Below, piece after piece: positions 51,301 through 61,966 of a DNA stretch of 64,000 bases (position 1 is its first letter; every line of letters begins with the position of its first letter). The stretch lies in NCBI GenBank assembly GCA_030704615.1, contig CM060733.1, positions 22,630,001 through 22,694,000 on the forward strand, read 5' to 3'. Made by a program: the position numbers and the translations under genes. Below the pieces are notes generated by a model. The model saw nothing but the letters and a program-made list of their open reading frames with translations, searched no databases and had not been told where the DNA came from. The stretch is from Takakia lepidozioides (lineage: Eukaryota; Plantae; Bryophyta).

Positions 51301-54026
51301 CTGTAGCGACCCCCTGGCGTCGCAACGTTGGGCGTCCCAACGCCGAGCGCCCCAGCGACGCTTTTGTGAAGTTGAGCGCCGCAAAGCCTTTAAAAAAAAA
51401 ATTCCCACTATGGTGATGCTTTTTTGATGCCCTGACATCGCAGAGGCTCCCTTAGTGATGCTTTTGCGACGCCCTGGCGTCGTAACGTCCCCGAAAAAAA
51501 TAAAAAAATAAAAAAATCTGGGATTTCCGACGCCGTGGCGTCGCAAGAAAAAAAATCCGTCGCAACGAGGGCCCTCTTTCCCCCTTCATGCCACCTTACG
51601 ACGGCTGGGCGTCGTAACGGTGTCACAGCGGGGGATTGCGACGCCGGGGCGTCGCAACAAAACGCCGCGGGCTCGGCGTCGCAGGCTCAGCGCCGCGCGG
51701 GCCGTTGAGGCGCGGCTGGCGTCGCAAACCCCCCTCATTTACTGTAGTGTTTGCTTTACGTAAGACAAGTGGAGGGAGAAGGCGATAGGGAGCCGAGCCC
51801 AGATTGGATCAAGGGGATCTTGGAGAAATACCATGATGTGATGCCGGAGGATTTACCGAGCGACTTGCCACCGCGAAGAGGAGTTGACCACAAGATTGAG
51901 GTGATACCGGGATTTGAGCCGCCTGCCAAGGCGCCCTACCGATTGAGCCACAGAGAGTTGGTCGAACTGAAGGCTCAGCTCAAGGATCTAATGTCAAAGG
52001 GGTATATCCGACCGAGTAAGTCACCCTACGGAGCCCCGGTACTATTCGCAGACAAGAAGGATGGGACGTTGCGGATGTGTGTCGATTATAGGGCTCTAAA
52101 TAACATGACTATAAAAAACCGGTACCATTTGTCAAGGATCGACAACCTCTTCGATCGGTTGGCAGGAGCGAAGTATTTCAGCCGGATCGATTTGCGCTCC
52201 GGCTACCATCAAATCCGAGTGGCGGAAGGAGATGAGGAGAAGACCGGTCACCGCGTGCAAGACAAGATATGGTTCGTATGAGTTCTTGGTGATGCCTTTT
52301 GGGCTCACCAATGCACCCGTGATCTTTAGCACGCTAATGAACAGCCTTTTCCAGGAGTGGTTGGATGACTTTGTGATCGTGTACATCGACGACATCTTGG
52401 TGTACTCGAAAACAAAAGAAGAGCACCTGGAGCACCTCAAAAGGGTGTTCCAGAAATTGCGGGAAAGGAAGTTGTATGCCAAAGCTTCAAAGTGCGAATT
52501 CGGGGTCACAAAAGTGGAGTTCCTGGGGCATGTGATTACACAAGATGGGATCAGAATGGATGACATAAAGGTGAGGGAAATCTTGGACTGGGAGCCTCTG
52601 ACTTCGGTCCCGGGAGTGCGATCCTTCCTAGGACTCGCCTCCTATTACCAAAAGTATGTGAGAAATTTCACCAAGATCGCGGGGCCGCTATCGGACCTTC
52701 TGTGTAAGTCTAAGATATGGGTATGGAATACCTTTTGTGGCCAAGCTTTTACCGAGTTGAAGTAGCGGATGGCGAAAGCTCCAGTCCTGAAAATCCCGGA
52801 GTTCGACCGTCCATTTGAGATTCATACAGATGCGTCGGACTTCGCAATTGGGGGTGTACTCATGCAGGATGGACGTCCACTGGATTACGAAAGTAAGAAA
52901 TTGAATGAAGTGGAGCGACGGTGGCCTACGCACAAGAAAGAAATGAAGGCGGTGGTGCATTGCCTTGAGCTTTGGCGCCACTATGTTGGTTCCAACCCGG
53001 TGAAGGTGTTCACGGACAATGTCACGATGAAATATTTTGCCACGCAACCTAAGTTGTCCCTAAAACAACTTAGGAGTCAAGACACTTTGGCGGTGTTCGA
53101 CGTGGATATCCAGTACAAACCGGGACGAGACAATGTGGTGGCCGATGTTTTAAGTAGAAAGCAGCAGCTCATGTTGGTGTACAGGGGCGAGACGGCGCTC
53201 CAAAGGAAGATCCGGAAGGCTTATCGGAAGGATGAGATGGCGAAGTCCGTGATGCGGGACTTGAAGATAGGGATTAAATCACAGCTCCACTTGCACAATG
53301 GACTGCTTCGGGAGCTAAAGCGCATCACGACACTCTTGAAGAAAGAGTATTTCTGACCCAAACTGAGGGAGGAGGCCGAGGAGTATGTCAAGACATGCAC
53401 CATATGCCAACAAAACTGGAGCGAGTACAAAAAGCAAGCGGAGCTGTTACAACCCTTGCCGATTCCAGAGGGGTCTTGGGAAAATGTCTTGATGGATTTC
53501 ATGACTGCTATGTCGTTGTCAAAATAATTCGATGCAATCATGGTGGTGGTGTATAGGTTCAGTAAAATGGGCCATTTCATTCCTACCAAAGAGACGATAA
53601 CAGCACAAGAGACGGGGCGACTTTACTTCGTCCACGTCTTCAAGCATCATGGACTCCCGAAGGATATTGTCTTCGACCGCGATCCAAAATTTAAAAGTAA
53701 ATTTTGGAGAGCACTTTGGAAGAAAATGGGGACGAGGCTCAAGATGAGTACCGCCTTCCGACCTACGACGGACGGCCAAACGGAAAGAGTGAATTCCGTG
53801 GTGAAGCAAATCTTGCGGGATGTGTCGGCACACCAATCAGACTGGGTAGAGCACTTGGATGCGGCAGAGTTCTATTATAATAACGCAAAACACTCCGCAA
53901 CGAGAGTGTCCCCTTTCGTATTGGTCTATAGAAAAGCACCTCTGGTGCCGATAAGTTGGGCCGTCCAGGACGTTAAGGAACCGGCAGCGGCGGCAGTGCT
54001 AGAAGAACGCGAACGTTTGTTGAAGC
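48355..54026 (+). mobile_element. Galadriel-like chromovirus copy B (5' LTR 48355-49062, PBS 49065-49076, degenerate gag-pol), truncated within the integrase
   Basis: LTR TGTCGT...GCGACA plus TGGTATCAGAGC. Gag, RT (YIDD), RH (TDASDFAIGGVL) and INT (DRDPKF, DGQTERVN) are present. The protease active-site region is deleted at ~50312 relative to copy A. Confidence 0.92.
50568..51749. mobile_element. Non-autonomous CACTA element (1182 bp)
   Basis: CACTACAG...CTGTAGTG TIRs, TSD TTT, and many TGCGACGCC/GGCGTCGCA subterminal repeats. Removing it restores pol. Confidence 0.92.
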
Positions 54027-54112
54027 TGTCGTGCGCATACATATCGCTACACAACTACATCGCTGTCCAAACCACACCACACATATATGCACAATAAAGT
54101 AGTCTGCCACAA

Positions 54113-54554
54113 TGATAAGAAAACTAGAAAACACACTGCTCACACCAGAAACAACATGAATCCATCGCTATCACTCTTTAAAACAGAAGTCGAGCCAGGG
54201 GCACCCCAAGCTATGGGGACTCCACCCCACAACAACCTACACTCCCATCATAAGCACACTCAAATCTAAACGCATGAAGGAGCTCGGTCGCGCAGGCTCA
54301 ACTCGAGAAAGATGAGCCGCGCGACTGCCGCTCTCGTGAAGATAAGACGGACCAGGTGTCAAACTAAACTTGACACCTGATTTAACACTTGACCTAAATC
54401 CAAGTGTTAAATACAAATAACTAGTTTTATTCTAGCTGTTTTCACACTGTGCTTATTTAACTTGACAGCTGTCGTGCGCATACATATCGCTACACAACTA
54501 CATCGCTGTCCAAACCACACCACACATATATGCACAATAAAATAGTCTGCCACA
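54113..54554 (-). repeat. 3' LTR (~442 bp) TGTGGCAG...CTTATCA, followed by a partial second copy (54024-54111)
   Basis: It is preceded by the PPT AGGGGGGCGAT (54555-54565). 54024-54111 repeats 54467-54554. Confidence 0.8.
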
Positions 54555-54814
54555 ATCGCCCCCCTAGCTGGTGGATAGGTCCCTCTACCTCCAGATAGCT
54601 ACAAGATGTAATAGCCACAGCCGTACTAAGTCCTCTATCACTGTCCCTATTGTACTCAAACTCTATAGACCAAGAGGCCGGGTACAAGAGTAGCCCCATC
54701 GTTAGTCGCCATCTTGCAATCTGTGAACTTGAGCCAGGACCTCGTGTGTTCAAGGTCTCCTAGTAGCTGGGCCTTGCGTTTTTTGTTAGCCTTCCATGGT
54801 TGTATCCACTCCCA

Positions 54815-55010
54815 CTATCCAATGCAATGTGGACATAACCAATCCCCATCCGGAACCATCTCAAGAGGTGGAGTCAAGCATCCCATATGCCAACCTCTAG
54901 AGCATCGATCACACACCAGCATGGTGGCTGCCCCTTTAGCAGACCCACACAACATGCACCTCAAACCTGCAGATACCACTGCCAGGTTTGGGTCAATCCT
55001 GCCATCACAT
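54815..55010 (-). CDS. PHD finger (C4-H-C3); C-terminus of the polyprotein after a 1-nt frameshift
   Basis: CMLCGS...MLVCDRCSRGWHMGCLTPPLEMVPDGDWLCPHC. Confidence 0.9.
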
Positions 55011-57948
55011 TCGGAAGGTGACATGGCGCACAATTACGCACATGGTCCTTCCAAGTTATGCCATCCCGACCCTCCAAGACCAAGACGCCTGAGGGCAAGA
55101 CCTCTCGAACCCTCAAAATAACACGTCCTGCAGTCACATCCAGGGTCGTAGGAGCAGTCTGCTGCAGATAGACATAGTCACCAGGGTTGAATCTCCGAAC
55201 CCCAGGACGATAGCCCCCACCACGTATGGTAGCATACCTCAACGTATCACGGTGTTGTGCAATGGCAAGGTTCTCGAAAGCCATGGGCATGACTCTCTTG
55301 AACAACTCTGCACGCTGCTCACATGCACGTGCCCACACGTCCGGATCGTCAAGGTTAAGAACTGTAGCAGCTTCTCTGCGAATGGATGTAGGCAAATCCG
55401 GCTCTCGGCCAAAGAGAAGAAAGTATGGTGAGAAGGAGGCAAGTGATGCTTGCTTGCTGAACCTGTAGCCCATGGCTAACCAGGGTAACTGAAGGTCCCA
55501 ATCTCCTAGGTGTCCCTTCTGCAAGCCATACTTGCGCAAACCCCTCTTTACTGTCTGAACAACTCTCTCTGCCAAGCCATCGGCTTCAGGATGATCCCGA
55601 GAAGTGGTGCGGTGGTCTATCAAGGCCTTGTCACACAAAGCCTGAAACTCCCCCAAGAACTCTCTCCCTTGGTCCGTGAGTACCTCAGCTGGAGCACCGA
55701 ATCGGCTAAGCACACAATCCAGGAATGCATACGCAGCTCCCTCACTAGCCTTATCAGGCAATGGAACCAATTCAATCCACTTGGAGAAGTGCTCCACCAT
55801 CACCAACACGTACTTGTTGTGGCGCATGGTCAGTGGCAACGGCCCTGCGAAGTCAAGACTCCACCTGTAGCCCAATCCCATGATCGGAAGAGGGTGCAAT
55901 TGTGGAGTAGGGGCGTTGAATGAAGCACGCACCCTGTCACACACCATGCACCTAGCCACAAATTGTTGCACCTCTGTGTGCATACCACGCCACCAATACT
56001 GCCCCTGCAGTAGACTATGAGTGCGTCGCACCCCAAAATGCCCCAACTCCTCATGGGCATGCCGCACTAACCGTGCCCGCTGTGTTGGGTGAGGCACAAT
56101 CCTCACTCGACCATCCTCCCACACTCGGAGCAGGTGTGTCCCCTCCCACCTGAACCTCTTGGCTCGTTGTAGGATCCGATCCCTCTCCTTGGCAGTCATA
56201 GTGGCTGCCGTGTCTCCACTGCGGAGGTAGTCCAACACAACTGAATCCTCATGTATATCTTTGGCGCCACCCTGCTCATTGCTGGCCTCAGGGTCCTCAG
56301 ACACTTGATCTACAGTCATCCCTGTTGTAGGTCCAACCTGGCCTTCCGCTGCCAAGATACACAGAAATGCAGATGCATGCCATCCGGGCACCATCTCCTC
56401 GTCCGTCTCACCATGCCACCGAGCTCCAGTGTCATCCTGCTGGCTCGTGCATGGATTGCGACTCAACCCATCTGCATTTCGATTGACCAAACCCGGTCGA
56501 TGCACCACCTGAAAGTCATACTCTTGAAGGATGAGTGCCCACCGTGCAAGCTTCCCCGTAAGCTTGTCTGACTCCATCAACCACTTGAGTGGTTGGTGAT
56601 CCGTGACAAGGGTGAAGAGATTGCCGTATAGATAGCACCTGAAGTGTGCCACGGCCCACACTGCAGCTAAGCATTCTCCCTCATATGAGCTATACTTAGA
56701 CTCTGCAGCATTGTTCGAGCGGCTAGCATAAGCCACTACGAACTCTCTTCCCTCATCATCCACCTGTGTGAGCACCGCTCCAAGCCCCAGCATGCTCCAA
56801 TCTGTATGCAGCTGAAAAGGACGCCCCCTGATAGGTCGTCTCAAGATGGGCGCCGAGGTCAACCTCGCCTTGAGCTCTTGAAAAGCTTGTTCTTGCTCAT
56901 CTTCCCACTGCCACTCCTGGTCCACCTTGGTCAGCTTGGTTAGAGCCTTTGCAATGGCACTAAATCCCTTAACAAACCGTCTGTAATAGTTTGCTAACCC
57001 CATGAAAGCTCGAACTCGGCTCACATCCGTGGGGCGTGGAACCTGTGCAATGGACTCTACCTTAGTCTGCTGTACCCCCAATCCTCCAGGATATATCATG
57101 TGACCCAGATACTCAATCTGGTTGTGGAAAAACTTGCACTTGCCCGGATGTAACTTCAATCCGTGCGTCCTCAAGCGCTCAAATACCCCCTGAAGGTGTC
57201 TCTCATGCTCCTCCACCGTAGCACTAAAGATGATGATGTCATCTATGTAGCACCGAGCAAACTCCACCCCTGCTAGAATCCTGTCCATGACTCTTTGAAA
57301 CTCAGCGGGAGCGTTTTTAAGCCCAAATGGTAAGAACCGCCACTGGTATAGGCAATCCTTCCCGTGCTCATTGATCCCCCAGAATGCCGTCTTTTGCTTA
57401 TCCGCCTCCTTGATCGGCAACTGGTGATATCCGGATCGTAAATCCAACGTGCTAAAGACCTTGGAATGCCCAATGGCATCAAAGATCTCCTCTGGTGTTG
57501 GCATGGCATACCTATCGGACTTGGTCTGACGATTTACAGGCCGGTAATCACCGCACATACGTCTCTCCGTCCAATTGCCATAGACATCCTTCTTAGCTGG
57601 CATCACTGTGGCTGAAGCATACTCTCCACCAGAGAGCTCCACCAAACCTGCCTCCCAGAGATCTTGAGTCCTCATCTGAATCAAAGACCTCTCCATGTCA
57701 CTGTATCTATAGGGTCTCCGAAAGATTGGCGTGTCAGTGGCCAACTCAATACGGATCTCTTGACCCTTCAGTGCTCCCAAGTCCTTCAAACTGAAGGCAA
57801 AGCAATTCCTGTAAGCCCTCAGGAACCGCCGTATACGTCGTCTCTCTCCTCCGGTGACAATGGGTCCAATGTCAGGCTCCCAATTGTCCTCCGTAACTGC
57901 AACCTTAAGTCCAGTGGGCTTAGAGGTAGAGGACGCGTCCCGTGGTTG
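54961..57948 (-). CDS. pol: reverse transcriptase, RNase H, integrase (frame open from 57948; the ORF track starts it at TTG 57789)
   Basis: [22 protein letters not shown]; TDWS...YEGECLA...TDH; HEELGH..C..C, WSLDFAGP, LTDQG, GLAER. No stops over ~990 codons. Confidence 0.95.
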   Translation of the reverse strand, partial: QPRDASSTSKPTGLKVAVTEDNWEPDIGPIVTGGERRRIRRFLRAYRNCFAFSLKDLGALKGQEIRIELATDTPIFRRPYRYSDMERSLIQMRTQDLWEAGLVELSGGEYASATVMPAKKDVYGNWTERRMCGDYRPVNRQTKSDRYAMPTPEEIFDAIGHSKVFSTLDLRSGYHQLPIKEADKQKTAFWGINEHGKDCLYQWRFLPFGLKNAPAEFQRVMDRILAGVEFARCYIDDIIIFSATVEEHERHLQGVFERLRTHGLKLHPGKCKFFHNQIEYLGHMIYPGGLGVQQTKVESIAQVPRPTDVSRVRAFMGLANYYRRFVKGFSAIAKALTKLTKVDQEWQWEDEQEQAFQELKARLTSAPILRRPIRGRPFQLHTDWSMLGLGAVLTQVDDEGREFVVAYASRSNNAAESKYSSYEGECLAAVWAVAHFRCYLYGNLFTLVTDHQPLKWLMESDKLTGKLARWALILQEYDFQVVHRPGLVNRNADGLSRNPCTSQQDDTGARWHGETDEEMVPGWHASAFLCILAAEGQVGPTTGMTVDQVSEDPEASNEQGGAKDIHEDSVVLDYLRSGDTAATMTAKERDRILQRAKRFRWEGTHLLRVWEDGRVRIVPHPTQRARLVRHAHEELGHFGVRRTHSLLQGQYWWRGMHTEVQQFVARCMVCDRVRASFNAPTPQLHPLPIMGLGYRWSLDFAGPLPLTMRHNKYVLVMVEHFSKWIELVPLPDKASEGAAYAFLDCVLSRFGAPAEVLTDQGREFLGEFQALCDKALIDHRTTSRDHPEADGLAERVVQTVKRGLRKYGLQKGHLGDWDLQLPWLAMGYRFSKQASLASFSPYFLLFGREPDLPTSIRREAATVLNLDDPDVWARACEQRAELFKRVMPMAFENLAIAQHRDTLRYATIRGGGYRPGVRRFNPGDYVYLQQTAPTTLDVTAGRVILRVREVLPSGVLVLEGRDGITWKDHVRNCAPCHLPNVMAGLTQTWQWYLQV

Positions 57949-60900
57949 CTATGCTGCAACCTCTTGAGCAGTACCCCTTCCTGCTCAGTCAATGACAAGG
58001 CCTCATCCTGCCCCATCATCTCATCATTGAGAACCTCCTCATCCCGAGAAGAATCCCCAACCTCATCCATCACAGCTGCCTTCGCTGCCAACTCCCTCTG
58101 AACCTCGAGCACCTCCCACGTGTGCCATGGATGTCTACACCTCGTGGTCCTCACCGGCTCGCCCCCACTCGCTGCCTGTACCGTCTCGGTAGGCAGAGAG
58201 ACCGTCAAGGGAAGTGCACTCCGCACTCTACGTTGCTCAGCCATAGCCAAGCTGACAATCCAGGTCAAGCAATTGAGATCCATTGCTTGCCCCAACACCT
58301 GACGACGTGATGCCTCAGAAAGAGAAGGCACCGCCGTGGTCCCAGTGGAAAACCCCATAGCCCGCTCTCGCTCGTCGGCATTAGGCTCCACTAACTGCTG
58401 CAACTGAGCATCCCACAGGAGGCCAGGTCCACCATCCCGAAAAGCATGGGATCCTGGGAAGCTGAGCAGTGTAGGTAATGCTGCTCGTGGTTGACCCACC
58501 CTGTTGACCACTGCCAAAGGCGAACGGTCATCGTGTCTCACACGTTGAGACTGCCTTCCTGTGTCCAAAATGCCATCCACGGTGAGGTGTGCTGGCCGCT
58601 GCACCCCATCAAATGCACGCTTGAGCAGTGCGGGTGGCATCAAGTTAGTCCACCATAGTCGTGGACGATGAGCCCGTGACCCCACTGCAGCTGCATCCAG
58701 CAACACTGCTGACCCAAGCCACGACCGGACTTGATGCACACTGGCCATCACCCTGGCCCGAGAATCACCCATCAGTGGTACATTCTCCAAGATGTATGCT
58801 GGAGATACAGCTTGATGAAGCTGCAAGCAGCGCAAAATCCGCACCATCTCCCAAAACAGACCCGTCCTCGAGTCTCGCAATCCATTGCCATGCCCGGCTG
58901 ATGAATGCCCTTGGCAGGGCCAACCTGCCACTATCAGATCAATGGAGCCAACCTGCTCCAAATCTTGCGCCCCCAACAAGGAAATGTCTGCTGGCAAGGC
59001 TTGTTGGTATCCACGAACTGCAGACACAGGCAACAAGTCAGGGTACTGCTGTACCAACTGAGCCACATGGCGCAGTGAGACGCGTCGTGCAGTCTCATCC
59101 CTCTCCACATACAGGTAACGCCTTACCCGCACACCTGCCTGTAGCACAGCAGCCAATCCGGTGCTGATCCCGCCAAACAAGTCCAGAAGGCAAATGCCTT
59201 CATCCGGCCGCTGCCACACAAGAGGTGTGGTGTCCAATGGCGACAACTGAGGTGGCCCTGGTGCAATCACCGCACTCTCCTCCTCTCCTGACGGTACAAA
59301 AGCTTCTACCCAAGCTTGTTGCACCCGTCCATCAGCAGCTTGCTGCAAATCCTTGCTCGTACCCCACAACGGAGTGTGAGCAACCATGGCAGGCAACTCC
59401 GCCGTACCATGCATGTCATCCTGCTCTGCTGGAGGTGGCACATCCTCTGCATGGGCATTGCCTTCCAGCAACTCTCCAGGCCAACTAACTGCAGCTGTGA
59501 AGGCGGCTAGTGTTGGCATCTTGCCCCGCTGGGCAGCTGCAATACCCCCAATGAATGTCACAGGGAGCTGTGCACGGCGACCATCCCCTGACTGCCATCC
59601 AGGCCTGTAGGATGCTGACTCCTCCCAGAAATCCAGGGTGAAGCCCATGGGGTATAACACTGCCCCACCAACGAGGACATCGTAAGAGACCGCGTCTGTC
59701 ACAATGGCCTTGGCTCGCATCACTGAGCCATCTACAGGATGATCCGGCTGCAGTCTAATAGCCAACTGATGCCGTGTCATGCCGCGAGCCTGCTCTGATC
59801 CTCCCAGAGATGTCTGTATCTGGAAAGGACAAGGCTCCATATCCGCCTCCATGAGGCCCAAACCTGCAATAGCAGCTCTGCCCAACATCAGTGGCTGAGC
59901 TCCTGAGTCCAACAAGACCCGCAGTGGCCGGTACTTCTTGCCTGCCGGTCCACTCAAAGTGAAAATGCCTCCCTGGTTGTCTAACAAGACAACTCCAGGT
60001 GTCACCATGGCGCGCTCAATGGCTGGCCTAGCTGGCAGCTCCGTCAACCTGGCAGCTGCAACTTGCCATGGCGCAGCCGTGGCAGTCTTGACCCTCAAAT
60101 CCGAGGATCCCTCTGCCACTATACCTTCCACTAACTCCGCAGAAGATGAAGTGACCTCCCCACTCTCACAGAGTGTTGCTGCTAGTCTGAACACTGCAGC
60201 TGGTCTCACCCCCGGCGTCGCAATCATGGTTGCCGAGAACAGTGGGGCTTGACACACAGAGGTGGCTGCCCCCAATAACACACCGGCTGCACTAGCCTTG
60301 GTAGCAGGTGTCAGTGCTGCACGTGTAGCTCTCCCCAATGGCATAGTAACCTCCGCCTCGGTAACAGTCGGGCGAGAACTAGGTGCCATGGATGGCGTTG
60401 ACACTGTCTCCGCCAAGGTGAATGACTGAGGCAGCCTCGCCTGACGGCTTGCCTCCCCACGTTGTGGATCCAACTCCACCTCTGCACCTCGTGGCTCAGG
60501 AACTCGTGCTGCTCCTCGAGTCACGGCTGCAGCAGACTCCACCTGCTCTAGTGGTAGTGCTGCTCCGCACATGAATCCCATGCCTCCCATATCTCCTCCC
60601 TCAGGAGCAGGAGGTGGACCATCCCGCCTGGGAGCCGGTACCGCCTGAGCTATAGCCATGGCAGCGAGCCTCTGCTCTAGCTGCTGAAGCCGATTGGCCA
60701 TGCCTTGGTCAACACCCTGACCTCCGCGTCCTTGGCCATGTGGAGCTTGCCCTTGGCCTGCACCTCGTGCCCGACCACCTCGTCCTCTTTGGGCTGGTCC
60801 ACCTCGCCCCCGGCCACCATTGTTCCCTTGGAACTGGCCTGGGCGCAACTCAGGATGCAAGTCATAACACTGGGCATCTCCATGCCCATACTTGCCACAA

Positions 60901-61270
60901 TGCCCACACTGCAACTGTGCAGGCTGTGCTTGTGCCGGCCTTCTGCCACTCTCTGGGCAATCTCTTTTGACATGGGGTCCTCCACATGTCCAACATATCA
61001 CCCCTGGTTGCTGTTGGCCTGCAAAAGATGCCACGGGCCTCTGCACCTGAGGTCCCCTGTAAGCTCCATGGAACTTGGGCTGGGCAACCTTGCCCCCCTG
61101 ACCACGCTGTTGGGCAGTCCCTTGTGCCTGTGGGCTGACAGCTGTGCCCCGTGCAGGCATGTCCTTGCCAAATCCAATTGTAACAACTCGCTCCTCCACC
61201 ATGTTGAGCTCAATCCGCTCAGCCAGCAGAAACACATCTGCTAATGTGGGTTGGGCTGCTTGTAACAGGT
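57819..61270 (-). CDS. gag C-terminus (two zinc knuckles), aspartic protease and C5 cytosine DNA methyltransferase (domain ~58240-59195)
   Basis: CWTCGGPHVKRDC, CGHCGKYGHGDAQC and LLDSGA. DNMT motifs: I (LDLFGGISTG), IV (GWPCQ), VI (ENV), VIII (HRPRLWW), IX (ERERAMGF), X (LGQAM). Confidence 0.95.
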
Positions 61271-61966
61271 TGCATCTCGCACCCTTCTCTTGAGCTCCTT
61301 GTCCAGAATTCCATACCAAAACTGGATTGCCTGAGCTTCAGTAACCCCTTGGGTCACACTTATCAAGCGCCTCATACGAGTGTACGCCTCTCGCAGGCTC
61401 TCACTGGGTTTGCGCTGGAAGTCTTGCAAACTTCGCAGCTTCTCTGTCCGTACACCTTGGTAGTTCCTCCGCAACTCCTGGAAGAACTCCACCACCGGGT
61501 TGAATCTAGGCACATGTGTTGTAGTCGTGGCAGGAGGAGTAGTAGCACCTTTTGAACTGGTACCACCTACAGAAGTACCAGCACTACTTGCTCCACTACT
61601 AGTGCTGGCAGTGGGAGCTATTGGTACTGATGCAGCTACTGGTCGCGTCGTGCCTCGAGTAATGGAGACGTAGTCAGGTGACCAATACATCCTCCACTCC
61701 TCAATCTCTGCTTCATGTCCTCGCCTGAACTCGTGGTAATCGTCCATCGGCGGGCCTTCCAAATGCTGGAACAGTCCCTTCCACGCCATGAATGGGGTGA
61801 ATAGCTGTGGATTGCGCATCTGCTGCAAATCACACCAGCTGTCGAACTCCTGGATAAAGTCATCCAACTCGATTGTGCCCACAGCTCCAGAGTACCTACG
61901 AGGCCCCTTGGTAGCTCCATACATCTCCTCCATGTCGTCCCACAACAATGGCGAATGAAAGTGCAC
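61241..61966 (-). CDS. gag N-terminal/capsid part (first ATG at 61933); joins the next ORF across a 1-nt frameshift near 61268
   Basis: MHR-like FQRKPSESLREAYTRMRRL. The sister copy reads RDATLLQ continuously across the junction. Confidence 0.88.
   Translation of the reverse strand: MHFHSPLLWDDMEEMYGATKGPRRYSGAVGTIELDDFIQEFDSWCDLQQMRNPQLFTPFMAWKGLFQHLEGPPMDDYHEFRRGHEAEIEEWRMYWSPDYVSITRGTTRPVAASVPIAPTASTSSGASSAGTSVGGTSSKGATTPPATTTTHVPRFNPVVEFFQELRRNYQGVRTEKLRSLQDFQRKPSESLREAYTRMRRLISVTQGVTEAQAIQFWYGILDKELKRRVRDATCYKQPNPH

Noticed and set aside
54024-54554. DIRS/Ngaro split direct repeats
   Set aside because: The element encodes a DDE integrase and an aspartic protease and has a PPT. No tyrosine recombinase is seen.
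57819-61319. Host DRM/DNMT3 gene or a bacterial restriction-modification contaminant
   Set aside because: It is intronless, in frame with gag and protease, colinear with RT-RH-INT and bounded by a PPT and LTR. The motif order is not DRM-permuted.
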